DNA of 62,006 nt, the filler included, from Coriobacteriales bacterium (GTDB lineage: Bacteria > Actinomycetota > Coriobacteriia > Coriobacteriales > UBA8131): the NCBI GenBank assembly GCA_031263105.1. It is 5 parts of 5 records of this genome, joined end to end, with 100 filler letters (N's around TTAATTAATTAA, not from the genome) between each part and the next. Parts side by side here need not be neighbours in the genome. Positions count along the whole stretch, not along the records: positions 42,783 to 52,469 come from JAISGJ010000124.1; positions 52,570 to 62,006 come from JAISGJ010000150.1; 3 more parts are not named here. One strand, given 5' to 3'. The notes below the pieces were generated by a model, which was given only the letters and a program-made list of their open reading frames with translations, had not been told where the DNA came from and ran no database searches. How positions within the stretch are numbered: the first letter of the stretch is position 1; every line of letters begins with the position of its first letter. The position numbers were made by a program, and so were the translations under genes. Shown here in pieces: positions 49,606 to 58,867 of this stretch.

Positions 49606-49771
49606 AGGGAGACGATGATCAATGCTTGTATGCCAGATTCCGAGTCGTCTTGCCCCGTCCCCGTTTGGGCGGGCGGGGGCACTACTTGCGGTAATGCCGC
49701 CGCTCGCACGGGCGGGGACGGGGCAAACCGGTCGGAAGACGGCGTGCAATGATTAATCATCGCTTCCCTAG
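49606..49771. repeat. CTAG-ended long-hairpin element (homologous to 61527)
   Basis: GGGAGACGATGATCAA...ATCATCGCTTCCCTAG; central GGCACTACTTGCGGTAATGCC. Confidence 0.85.
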
Positions 49772-49797
49772 GCGATAAAACCGACCATCAGGCGCTC

Positions 49798-50949
49798 CTA
49801 TGCGCTCAGAAGTTTCTCCGCCTGATTGGCGATAAACGCCTCTAGCTTCTCGTAGCGCCATTCGGACAGGTTGTGGATGGGATGGCGCTCGAAGGTGAAG
49901 CCTGACAGCCGCTCGATCTGTCGGCGCTGTTCGTCACCCAGGCACGGTTTCACGAAATCGATGTACGATTCGTAGGTGGCAGGGCGATGGTCGAGCAGGT
50001 AGCGATCGAGATCGTCCCAATCCTCTCCATGGGCATAGACAAAGAGGCTGATCCCCTGGTCGAACAAAGGCGCAGTATCGACAAAGCTGTTGTCACGCCC
50101 GACCAGCAGGCCGAAGTTGCCAAAATGCCTGTCCTGATTGGCTATCACGCCGTCAAAGGCCAGCATCGAGACCAACTGTTGATAATAGCTCTCCCCCAAC
50201 GTCCGGTAATACGCCAAAACGGCTCTCATGCCCCCGGAGCGCACCAAGGAACCGGCGTTGACGAACGCGATGTCTTTGGACGTGAACAGCTCACAGACGC
50301 TGCAAAGCCGGTTCTTCCACATCTCGAACCGGTACTCAACCGCTCGAAGGCCCATCCGCTCGGCCACCTGAGACGCGAGGTGCTCGGAATAGGGCTCGAA
50401 CCCGGCATTGACAAATCCTTCGGTCCCGGTCTTATAGAGACAGATCCGCCCTTCGATGCGTCGCCAGGCTTTCGCCAACATGCCACCGGTCGTGTATTCA
50501 GGTGAAGACCCCAGAGAGCGCGAGTCTGAGACTGATCCCTCCCCCGTAAACGCCATCAACGCCACGATGTCGCTGAAATCGTTGTCGTAGAGGTTGATGT
50601 CGTCGAAGCGCAGCGGGGCGCCGTTCTCCTCGTTCCAGATCCAAAAGGCATCATTGAGCGACAGGCCGAAGCTGACATCGAGTATCCCGACCTTGTCCCG
50701 TTCGTCCAGATGCATCTTCGCCAGGAAGCTGATGATGTTCGCGCGGTTCTTCGGGAGGGTGCGCCGTGCAAGCCAGGCAGTAAGACCGGCGTCGGTCGGC
50801 TCCATGTTCACGGGCAACGCGAATGCAGCCGCTGGCAGCAGCTCGACAATCCTGGCGACAAACCGGCGCGGCTCATCCATGTCCTCCAGGTCGTGCCACA
50901 TCTCAAAGCGGCAGACGGCATCGTCGTATCTCATCAGCACATAACCCAT
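49798..50949 (-). CDS. HipA-like (HipA_C domain) kinase
   Basis: SPEYTTGGMLAKAW, LYK, PYSE, NQDRHFGNFG, APLFDQG; ATG 50949 follows TATACT by 6 nt; alternative start 50985. Confidence 0.82.
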   Translation of the reverse strand: MGYVLMRYDDAVCRFEMWHDLEDMDEPRRFVARIVELLPAAAFALPVNMEPTDAGLTAWLARRTLPKNRANIISFLAKMHLDERDKVGILDVSFGLSLNDAFWIWNEENGAPLRFDDINLYDNDFSDIVALMAFTGEGSVSDSRSLGSSPEYTTGGMLAKAWRRIEGRICLYKTGTEGFVNAGFEPYSEHLASQVAERMGLRAVEYRFEMWKNRLCSVCELFTSKDIAFVNAGSLVRSGGMRAVLAYYRTLGESYYQQLVSMLAFDGVIANQDRHFGNFGLLVGRDNSFVDTAPLFDQGISLFVYAHGEDWDDLDRYLLDHRPATYESYIDFVKPCLGDEQRRQIERLSGFTFERHPIHNLSEWRYEKLEAFIANQAEKLLSA

Positions 50950-50981
50950 GCTCAAAGTATACACGATAGCCCGAGACGGAT

Positions 50982-52052
50982 TCATGAGGCAGCAAATTCA
51001 TCCAAGGCCTGCAGGCTGTGCTCTGCGTCGAGGTGGCCGGCGAACGATGTCTGGCGGGGGGCGTTCTGGTTCGGGTCGGGGTTGACGTCGAAAAGGGGCG
51101 AGAGGCGCCATCCGCCCTTCTCGTAGAGGAAGCCGTGGTTGCGGAGGTGGTCGTCGGTGTTGTTGATCTCGATGGTGTAGCGGATGCGCCGCAGCAGCTC
51201 GGCCACGTCCTCTTTCGGCCTTGAGCCGTGCCGGGCGATGAAGTCGATGATGTCCAGGTAATCGCGCTGCTCCCCGTCCACCGCACCGAGTGCCGTCATG
51301 GCGCTGATGTAGGGCACGCGCACATAGGGCACGCGCTCGCCGCCTCCCTTGGGGTAGCGCCTGTCGAAGCGCCGGATCAGCAGGACGTTCGAGCCGCCGA
51401 CGCTGACCAGCTCGCAGTCCGGCACGTCCATCTGTCGCCTGCCAGCCTCGACGAGGGCCCGGTGCTCCGCCGCGATGACGTCGGCCGCGTCGCTTCGATG
51501 GGGGAACTTGGCCAGGAAGAGATGCCCGCCCTTATCCACGACCGCCTTGGGCCGAGCGCCCCCCAACGAGCCTGAGCCCGCCTCGAGCAGATAGCGGATC
51601 GCCTCATCGTTGTTGCGCGGGCTGTCGATTGCCCGGGTGGCGTCCAAAAGCTCTGGCAGGGCGACCAGCTTGGGCACGCTGGTGTCCGGGTACTGGAACG
51701 CGCCACCCTGCTCGGCCTTGAGGCGCAGGGCGCCCTGACGAGTCAGGTCGCTGGTGTTGAGCAGGTAGTCCAGGTTGTCGAGCCGTCGGCCCGGATAGCG
51801 CCTGTTTATGAGGTTGCGTCCCCACCTGTCCGGCGTGGAGTCCATGAGGCTGCCAGGGAGCTCATGGGCCACCGGCCAGTTGCCCGCCTGGAGCGGAAGC
51901 TCGGGGTCGAGGGGGTATGACGATCGCTCGGCGAGGTAGCCCTGGTCGTAGGCAAAGGTCGTCGCCAGACGCCCCTTGCGTCGGTTGACGTATGCCTGCC
52001 CGACAAAGCGGGGGTCGTCCTCTTTGCCCGTGTAGGCGTAGACGGTGGTCAT
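50982..52052 (-). CDS. hipA: HipA family toxin kinase
   Basis: DSTPDRWGR, GSLGGARPKA, LAKFP, RRFDR, NTDDHLRNHGF, LSPLFDVNP. Confidence 0.9.
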   Translation of the reverse strand: MTTVYAYTGKEDDPRFVGQAYVNRRKGRLATTFAYDQGYLAERSSYPLDPELPLQAGNWPVAHELPGSLMDSTPDRWGRNLINRRYPGRRLDNLDYLLNTSDLTRQGALRLKAEQGGAFQYPDTSVPKLVALPELLDATRAIDSPRNNDEAIRYLLEAGSGSLGGARPKAVVDKGGHLFLAKFPHRSDAADVIAAEHRALVEAGRRQMDVPDCELVSVGGSNVLLIRRFDRRYPKGGGERVPYVRVPYISAMTALGAVDGEQRDYLDIIDFIARHGSRPKEDVAELLRRIRYTIEINNTDDHLRNHGFLYEKGGWRLSPLFDVNPDPNQNAPRQTSFAGHLDAEHSLQALDEFAAS

Positions 52053-52339
52053 TGGCGGATCCGTTTCGGCAGGATCTGGTCGGCCCGGGCACGGCCGAGG
52101 TCGGACTCGTAGGGATCCGTGGCGGTTGCGACCTTCTCCAACAATCCGAGCGCACGCAGCACCGCCAGGAACTTCGACAACGAGACGCCCTGACAGCCGT
52201 TCTCGATCTTCGAGTACGTGACTGAGGAGATGTCGGCGCGCTGGGCAACCTGCTCGGCCCTGAGCCCCAGAAGCTTACGCCAAGTCCTGATGTTCTCGCC
52301 CAGCTGCGTGGCCGCAGCTGCTACATCGTCATTTAACAT
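52049..52339 (-). CDS. XRE-family HTH antitoxin (HipB-like)
   Basis: LGENIRTWRK...VAQRADIS..TYSKIENG; ATGA overlap with hipA. Confidence 0.88.
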   Translation of the reverse strand: MLNDDVAAAATQLGENIRTWRKLLGLRAEQVAQRADISSVTYSKIENGCQGVSLSKFLAVLRALGLLEKVATATDPYESDLGRARADQILPKRIRQ

Positions 52340-52442
52340 ACGTAATCCTTAAGCTATGCGGCTTTAACATTGATGATTATATAAGTAAATTGCACTCAAC
52401 TCAAGTCGACACGTAGGGCTTGCCGTCAGTTTGACGCACAAT

Positions 52443-52469
52443 GTTACTGACGGTATGTGCTCACACCCC
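52443..52469. repeat. Left end of a GTTAC-family element (cut by gap)
   Basis: GTTACTGACGGTATGTGCTCACACCCC mirrors the right end of the 34504 copy. Confidence 0.7.
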
Positions 52470-52569
52470 NNNNNNNNNNNNNNNNNNNNNNNNNNNNNNN
52501 NNNNNNNNNNNNNTTAATTAATTAANNNNNNNNNNNNNNNNNNNNNNNNNNNNNNNNNNNNNNNNNNNN
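52470..52569. other. Artificial contig linker
   Basis: N-run, TTAATTAATTAA, N-run. Confidence 0.98.
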
Positions 52570-53709
52570 GGTGAAGGCGCCGACCTTCTCCCGCCCTCCC
52601 TTGACGCCGAAGGAGACGACGCCGCAGGTCCCTTTGGGCATGTAGCGCTGGGCGAGCCCGTGGTAGGGGTCGCCGGGCAGACCGGGGAAGCGCACCCAGG
52701 AGACCTGGCTGTGCTGCGCGAGGAAGGCCGCGACCTGCTGGGCGCTGGCGCAGTGCCGCGCCATGCGCACCGCCAGCGACTCCAGGTGGGAGTTCAGGTA
52801 GAAGGAGTTGGCCGGCGAGGGGACGGAGCCGAGGTCGCGCATGAGCTGGACGGTGGCCTTGGTGATGTAGGCCGCCGCCCCGAAGCGCTCGGTGTAGACG
52901 ACGCCGTGGTAGCTCTCGTCCGGCGTGGTCAGGCCGGGGTACTTCTCGGCGTGGGCCTGCCAGTCGAAGCGGCCGCTGTCGACGATGGCGCCGCCGACGG
53001 AGGTGGCGTGCCCGTCCATGTATTTGGTCGTGGAGTGCACCACGATGTGCGCTCCGAGCTCGAAGGGCCGGCAGTTCACGGGCGTGGGGAAGGTGTTGTC
53101 CACTATCAGCGGCACGCCGTGGCGGTCAGCGGCGGGGGCGAACGTGTCGAAGTCCAGGACGATCAGCGCGGGGTTGGCGATGCTCTCGGCGAACAGGGCC
53201 CTGGTGTTGGGCCGAAACGCCGCGTCCAGCTCCTCGGGCGGGCAGTCCGGGTGCACGAAGCTGCACTCGATGCCCATGCGCCTCATGGTCACGGCGAGAA
53301 GGTTGTAGGTGCCCCCGTAGAGGGCGCTCGAGGCGACGATGTGGTCGCCCGCCCCGCAGATGTTGAACAGCGAGAAGAAGCTGGCGGCCTGGCCCGAGGA
53401 GGTCAGCATGGCGGCCGCCCCGCCCTCCATCTCGCATATCTTGGCCGCCACCTGGTCGTTCGTGGGGTTCTGCAGGCGCGTGTAGAAGTAGCCGGACGCC
53501 TCGAGGTCGAAGAGCGCGCCCATCTCGGCCGAGCTCGCGTACTTGAACGTCGTGCTCTGGACGATGGGAGGGGTGCGCGGCTCGCCGTTCTTGGGCTGGT
53601 AGCCGCCCTGCACACAGGTGGTGCCGATGCTGCGGGCCGGGGCCTCTTGGGCCTCCTCGGCTCCTTGGGCATCTTGGGCATCCGAGGTCTTCTGGGTCTC
53701 TTGGGTCAT
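52570..53709 (-). CDS. metY: O-acetylhomoserine aminocarboxypropyltransferase (3' end in gap)
   Basis: YTRLQNPT, SSGQAA, LYGGT, IVDNT, HSTTKY (PLP lysine). Confidence 0.9.
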
Positions 53710-53749
53710 GGGCGGGTCTTCTCCGTTTCTGGGTTGGGTGCTTCACATT

Positions 53750-54082
53750 CTAAAAGAAGTGCTTCAGGTAGGTGGTCACCGTGCCGAGCGTGGGCTCGTC
53801 CAATGCTCCGACGATGTGTGCCAGATCGACGTTTCGCGCATGAAGGTCAAAGGCCTGAAGCTGTTCTGTCATGACAAAGCCTTCTGCGCCTGCACTCTCC
53901 GGCAAAGGAACATGCAGGGGGAAGCCGCTGTCGACGCTGGTGACAGGACAGACGAGCGTCAGTGAGGTCCGATCGTTATAGGTGTTGTTGCTGACTATCA
54001 CCGCCGGACGACGCCCTGCGGGCTCATGTCCGAGAGAGGGGTCGAAGCTCAGCATGACGACGTCCCCCTGCGAGAAAATCAC
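53750..54082 (-). CDS. PemK/MazF family toxin
   Basis: FDPSLGHEPAGRRPAVIVS, VCPVTS, EQL. Confidence 0.92.
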   Translation of the reverse strand: MIFSQGDVVMLSFDPSLGHEPAGRRPAVIVSNNTYNDRTSLTLVCPVTSVDSGFPLHVPLPESAGAEGFVMTEQLQAFDLHARNVDLAHIVGALDEPTLGTVTTYLKHFF

Positions 54083-54339
54083 AGCCAGACCTCCTTGCCG
54101 ACAGGCTTGCCCCAGTCGAGCAGCTCTGGCCGGTAGTCTCCCCCATAACCCTCGAACAGGCCCTCAAGGCAGAAGGGCGCGTCTATCTTCCTGACAAGCA
54201 GGCCGGTCCCTCCCTCCGTTTCAGCAACCTCGACATCGACATGGTCGCCCGCGCTCAGGCCAAGACGCAGACAGCTCTCCTTTGGTATCCGAATGCCCAG
54301 TGCGTTCCCCCACTGGGCAACCGCGACGTCATGACTCAT
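54079..54339 (-). CDS. AbrB/MazE family antitoxin
   Basis: QWGNALGIRIPK, DWGKPVGKEVW. Confidence 0.92.
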   Translation of the reverse strand: MSHDVAVAQWGNALGIRIPKESCLRLGLSAGDHVDVEVAETEGGTGLLVRKIDAPFCLEGLFEGYGGDYRPELLDWGKPVGKEVWL

Positions 54340-54407
54340 GGGATCTCCTTCCACAGACTACGCTTGTATATCAAAAGTATATCATCCGTAGCTCTGAAGG
54401 GGAACCC

Positions 54408-55178
54408 TCAAACGACAGATCTTCTGAACAGGGCCACTGACGCCGCCACGCAGGCTGCGGCTCCTGTCGCCGCAACGAGGCTCGGCACGAGCAGGTCGGC
54501 GGCTTCCTTTGCCCCTGCCATCACCAGCACGGGGTCTCCGGCGAGGTTCAGGGGGCTCCAGAACATGAGGTTGGGAAAGACTCCGAGAATCCCCAATACC
54601 ACAATGACTGCTCCGGGGACAATCAGACCGCCGAAACTGCCCCGGAACATGACCGAGGAAGGCAGGATAAGGGACAGGAGGAACATGCCGAGCAGCCAGA
54701 GTGCGCCTATCCCCAGCAGAAGATGGGGCACGTCCTCGCCGGGGAAAAGCCAGAGCGTGTAAGCGGCGCTCGTGGCGGCGGAAACGAGCATGCCGAGTGT
54801 CCACAGGCCGCTCATGGCGATGAACTTTACGATAACGACGCCGCTGCGCCCGAGGCCCTTGGTCAAGGGCAGGACGAGCGTCCCCTTTCCCTTCTCCCCC
54901 GAGAGCAGCGAGCCGCACAGCAGCAGAGCGGCCAGGATGCCCATTTGCCCGACGTTTTTGAAATACTGCATCCAGGCATCAAGGGCGGTTGGCTGAGAGA
55001 GGCCCATGCCAGCAGCAATGTCCCCCGCGCCCGCAAGCTTCAAAATCTCAGGCATATAGTATACAAGCGGCGCATTCATCAATCCCAGAAGGGCAAAGAC
55101 CAGCAGGGTGATGAGCACGCGCTGCGAGCGGACGAGGTACATGACCTCCTCGGAGAGAAAAGCCAGAAAACCGTTCAT
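54408..55178 (-). CDS. ABC-2 type permease
   Basis: Six TMs, EKGKGTL.L.LTKGL.R...KF. Confidence 0.88.
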   Translation of the reverse strand: MNGFLAFLSEEVMYLVRSQRVLITLLVFALLGLMNAPLVYYMPEILKLAGAGDIAAGMGLSQPTALDAWMQYFKNVGQMGILAALLLCGSLLSGEKGKGTLVLPLTKGLGRSGVVIVKFIAMSGLWTLGMLVSAATSAAYTLWLFPGEDVPHLLLGIGALWLLGMFLLSLILPSSVMFRGSFGGLIVPGAVIVVLGILGVFPNLMFWSPLNLAGDPVLVMAGAKEAADLLVPSLVAATGAAACVAASVALFRRSVV

Positions 55179-56122
55179 GCGACTACCTCCTCAGAGGGCT
55201 CCAGAACTGCCCGATACAGATTCTCAAGCGTGGGCTCCTGGACCTGATAGCGGAGCACGGTACAGGGACTGCCCGCCAGCTCGGCAAGCAGCAGCCTGCC
55301 GTCCGCCTCCAGCGACCCGACACCGACATGGATGAGCCGTTCCTGCCATTGCACGCTGCGGACAAAGGGCAGTTCCCGCAGCCTGTCGACGGTTTGGGGA
55401 GCGGCGCCCTGCGCCGCCTCGCTCAGTTCGACGACAATGACATCGCTGCGATGCGCGCTCTTGATGGTGTCGAGGTTGCCTTCGAGCGCTATCGAGCCAT
55501 TGTCCAGAACCCCGACGTAATCACAGATTCTCTCGACATCGGCCAGAATATGGGTGGAGAACAGTATGGTCGTCCGCTCGCGCACCATCGAGAGGATGTT
55601 GAGCAGCTCCGCCCTGCCCACCGGGTCCAAGGCGCTCGTCGGCTCGTCGCAGATGAGGAGGATGGGGTCATGAATCAGCGCCTGCGCGATGCCGAGGCGC
55701 TGCTTCATGCCACGCGAGTATCCTTTCAAGCGACGCTTCTCGCTTCCCTTCAAACCGACGAGCACTATCAGCTCGTTCGCCTTGCGGAGAATGTCGGTCG
55801 GGTTCATGCCCGCGATTCTCCCGCAGAAGGTCAGGTACTCCATCGCATTCATAAAGCCGTAGAACTCCGGCACATCCGGCAAGAACCCTACCAGCCGGTT
55901 GGTCGCCGTCTCGCCAAAGTCAACGCGCTTCCCCTGCACATGGACACATCCCTGGTCGGCCTTCAGCAGCCCGACGACTATCTTCATGGTCGTCGTCTTG
56001 CCGCTGCCGTTCTTGCCGATGAAGCCGAAGATGCTCCCCTCGTTGACCTCGAACGAGAGGTCCTTAAGCACCGAGAGGTCACCAAAACTTTTTGACACCG
56101 ATTCGAGAGTCAAACAGGTCAA
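55175..56122 (-). CDS. ABC transporter ATP-binding protein
   Basis: GKNGSGKTT, YSRGMKQR, CDEPTSALD, STH. Confidence 0.93.
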   Translation of the reverse strand: MTCLTLESVSKSFGDLSVLKDLSFEVNEGSIFGFIGKNGSGKTTTMKIVVGLLKADQGCVHVQGKRVDFGETATNRLVGFLPDVPEFYGFMNAMEYLTFCGRIAGMNPTDILRKANELIVLVGLKGSEKRRLKGYSRGMKQRLGIAQALIHDPILLICDEPTSALDPVGRAELLNILSMVRERTTILFSTHILADVERICDYVGVLDNGSIALEGNLDTIKSAHRSDVIVVELSEAAQGAAPQTVDRLRELPFVRSVQWQERLIHVGVGSLEADGRLLLAELAGSPCTVLRYQVQEPTLENLYRAVLEPSEEVVA

Positions 56123-56149
56123 TTCCTTCTCCTTTCATCAGTGAAAATT

Positions 56150-56387
56150 GTTGCTGCGCGCAACTCCTACTGTCCACAACTCCTACTGTCATTCCGAGCG
56201 GAGCGCAGCGGAGCCGAGGAATCTTTGGGTTCGAGCGCCCGGAGAACAGTCCGGCGGACTGTTCTCAGCGAGAACGGGCCGACAGGCCCACGGAACGCGT
56301 AAGCGCCCAGCCGGACCAGTTGGGCGCTTACGCGCCCAAAGATTCCTCGGCTGCGCGCCCTGCATGGGCGCTCCGCTCGGAATGACA
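56150..56387. repeat. GTTAC-family element inside the ABC operon
   Basis: CTGTCATTCCGAGC...GCTCGGAATGACA with cargo like the 15612 copy. Confidence 0.85.
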
Positions 56388-56402
56388 TACTGTTGAGTAC
56401 TA

Positions 56403-56636
56403 CTACTCCTCCGCGCGGCCGAGCACGAAGTAGAGGATGGGGCCGATGATGTTTACCAGAAGCACCACGACCACCCAGAGTATCCGCGTCCCCACCTTGT
56501 AGCTTGTGTGCCGGAATATGCTCACCAACGCGCTTACCAGAAGGACGATCTGGATAAGCGCCAGCGGCACGAGCACGGGCAGCACCGATACCAATAGGTC
56601 GTAAAGCGGGGCGGGATTTGAGCCAATCGACTCCAT
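56403..56636 (-). CDS. PLDc_N-type small membrane protein
   Basis: Two TMs, W.VVV....IIGPILYFVLGR. Confidence 0.85.
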   Translation of the reverse strand: MESIGSNPAPLYDLLVSVLPVLVPLALIQIVLLVSALVSIFRHTSYKVGTRILWVVVVLLVNIIGPILYFVLGRAEE

Positions 56637-56785
56637 AGCAACACTCCTTCATACATTTGACTCTGACAATACCTCCCCGCGTTCGCCAATTCATTCGTCG
56701 CGCTCGCAGGCTCGCCGCTCCTTCGACCGTCCACTGGACGGTCGAACCTTTCTCTTGAGACTTCCAACGAGACTTCAAGCCACCG

Positions 56786-58109
56786 TCATGCGGGCAGAAC
56801 GAGAGACACCGCCACGAACGCCGCGACGCTCAGTGCGACGAATGCCCCTATGAGGACCCACGCGGCGGGGCGACCGAAGTTGCAGGTGTAACCGATGCCG
56901 AAGCGCTTCTCGACAAAGAGCGCCGGATCCACCGGGTTGACGTAGAACTGGCCGAGCTTCCAATAGCGGTCGTCGTCGACATTGACGTTGACCGGGGGCG
57001 ACGCAGCGCCCGATGTGGGCCCATCGCGCAGACGGCTCCCGCCCTGCCCTACCCTGAACATGAGAACTGCCAGAAAAACAAAAATCCCTACTTGCAGTGA
57101 GTTGATACTTGCAAGCACTCTACCAGCAGATTTAGCTTTCTACCCCCTAAAAAGTGACCATTTTGGGTAATGAATTGTCGAGCTTTAGGTACCCAAAAGA
57201 ACTCGACCTGCGTAAACACAGTTTATTGACTGTAAATATCAACTCATTGCAAGTAGGGATTTCAAAAACAAACACGAGCACGAGCAGCCCCAGTGAGGGG
57301 CCAAGAACAAGCCACATCTGCCCCACGGCCAGAAGCGACATCACCAGCAAGGCGCCGAACATGAGCTCAAGCGCAACGCCCATACCGATCAGAAAACCGC
57401 TGAGCAGGCGTCTGAACCGCACATCCTGCAGGCGTGACGTGAGCGGATTTGTCGCATCTATCTGGCGTTTCGTCTTGCGGATAACAAGGTAGACAAAGGC
57501 GAAGAGGGCTGCCATTGCAGCCTGTGCGCCAACAGGCAGCAGTACCGGCACGGGGCCCTTGTCGGCAAAGCCATCGGCGATGCCCTCGAGGTTGAAGTGG
57601 ATGGGCACGACAGCGGGCACCTGCGGCCATATGAGCCAGACCGCGCCGAGCGTGAGCAGCATGACCAGCGGAAACAGCAGGAGCCACGCCGGTGAGACGA
57701 CGTCGCACGCAGGCGGGGCGGTGTCGGCCAGGATGACCCCGGTCTTATCCACAGGAACCACATCCCAGCCGCGCTCGACCTTGATGCGCTTCATCGTAAA
57801 ATGCTTGGGCAGGTAGAGAGCAAACGAGACGAGCAGGTAGATGAACACCGCAGCCATATAGATGAAAAACGGCGCCATGGCATCAAGGGGATACGCGAGG
57901 CCGAGCCAGGCGCTGAGTGCCACGAGCAGCGCACCGACCGCGAGCAGCTGGTTGCGATAGGACGCGCGCAGACGCATGAGCTGCGGGTCACGGCTGTGCT
58001 GCGCGGGCAGGGTGACGCCGAACAGCTCGGTGCGACGGGTGACATAGGGGATGAAGGCAAAGCAGGTGATGAGCAGGAGGTCAACGATGAGCAGGATGGC
58101 AAGCAACAT
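56786..58109 (-). pseudogene. DUF1648/DUF5808 membrane protein gene split by a MITE
   Basis: VPIHFN..G.ADG in the 5' part and DDRYWKLG.FY.NP.DP.LFVEKRFGIGYT.NFG in the 3' part; removing 57074-57263 restores a single frame. Confidence 0.88.
57081..57263. mobile_element. AT-rich MITE with 33-bp imperfect TIRs and a 7-bp TSD
   Basis: TIRs at 57081-57113 and 57231-57263 (29 of 33 match); AAAAACA at 57074-57080 and 57264-57270. Confidence 0.9.
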
Positions 58110-58113
58110 GATC

Positions 58114-58503
58114 CTATCCTTTTCGGGTTGCGGCCTCGCCTGCGGCAATGGCCTGCCTGACGGTCGTTTGGAACAGCTTTGAATCGATGCCCTGACTTCG
58201 TGCCTCGATGACGAGGCGGACGAGCGCGGCCCTGAGCCCTTCGAGGTAGCTGGCGGTATACGTGGGCGGCGCGATGACGCGGGCCCCGCTGCGCCCGTTG
58301 ATGCGCAGGTAGCCCTCCTCGGCGAGCACGCGGTAGGCCTTGTTCACGGTATGCAGGTTGATACCGAGGTCGACGGCGAGCTGCCGCACCGAGGGGAGCC
58401 TGTCGCCCTCGACGAGCTCGCCGCACACGAGCGCATCCACTATCTGGTTGCGTATCTGCGTGTAGAGCGGGACGTCGCTGGCAGGCTCTATGGCGAGAAA
58501 CAC
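58114..58503 (-). CDS. GntR (YtrA subfamily) regulator
   Basis: PLYTQI, LPSVRQLA.DLGINLHTVNKAY; GTG start with GGAGG RBS. Confidence 0.92.
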   Translation of the reverse strand: MFLAIEPASDVPLYTQIRNQIVDALVCGELVEGDRLPSVRQLAVDLGINLHTVNKAYRVLAEEGYLRINGRSGARVIAPPTYTASYLEGLRAALVRLVIEARSQGIDSKLFQTTVRQAIAAGEAATRKG

Positions 58504-58554
58504 GGAAGGCCTCCTTTGCCGTCGCTGGCACTGCCTCCACAGCGTGAGGACTTT

Positions 58555-58575
58555 TGTTATATACATACTATAACA
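58555..58575. promoter_or_regulatory. YtrA-type operator
   Basis: TGTTATA-N7-TATAACA upstream of gntR. Confidence 0.75.
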
Positions 58576-58600
58576 GATTATGGACCCTTGCAAGGACACG

Positions 58601-58763
58601 GTTACACGTCACACCCCCACTGTCATTCCGAGCTCCGCCGAGGAATCTTTGGACACGCAGTGTCCAACGGCAGGTCAGGGGCCCTTCGGCCTGCGGTCGA
58701 CCGCTGGCGCGGTCGAGGATTCCTCGGCAGGCTCGGAATGACAGGGGGGGTGTGACGTGTAAC
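58601..58763. mobile_element. GTTAC-family MITE-like element, 8-bp TSD AGGACACG (cleanest copy)
   Basis: GTTACACGTCACACCCCC...GGGGGTGTGACGTGTAAC; AGGACACG at 58593-58600 and 58764-58771. Confidence 0.93.
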
Positions 58764-58867
58764 AGGACACGTTTTGTCCTATGCGCGCTGTGCCCGTGCG
58801 GTCGATTTGTTACTATGGAACCCTCTTGGACATAGAACAGGACGAGGCAAGGCTGAAGGGACCGACG

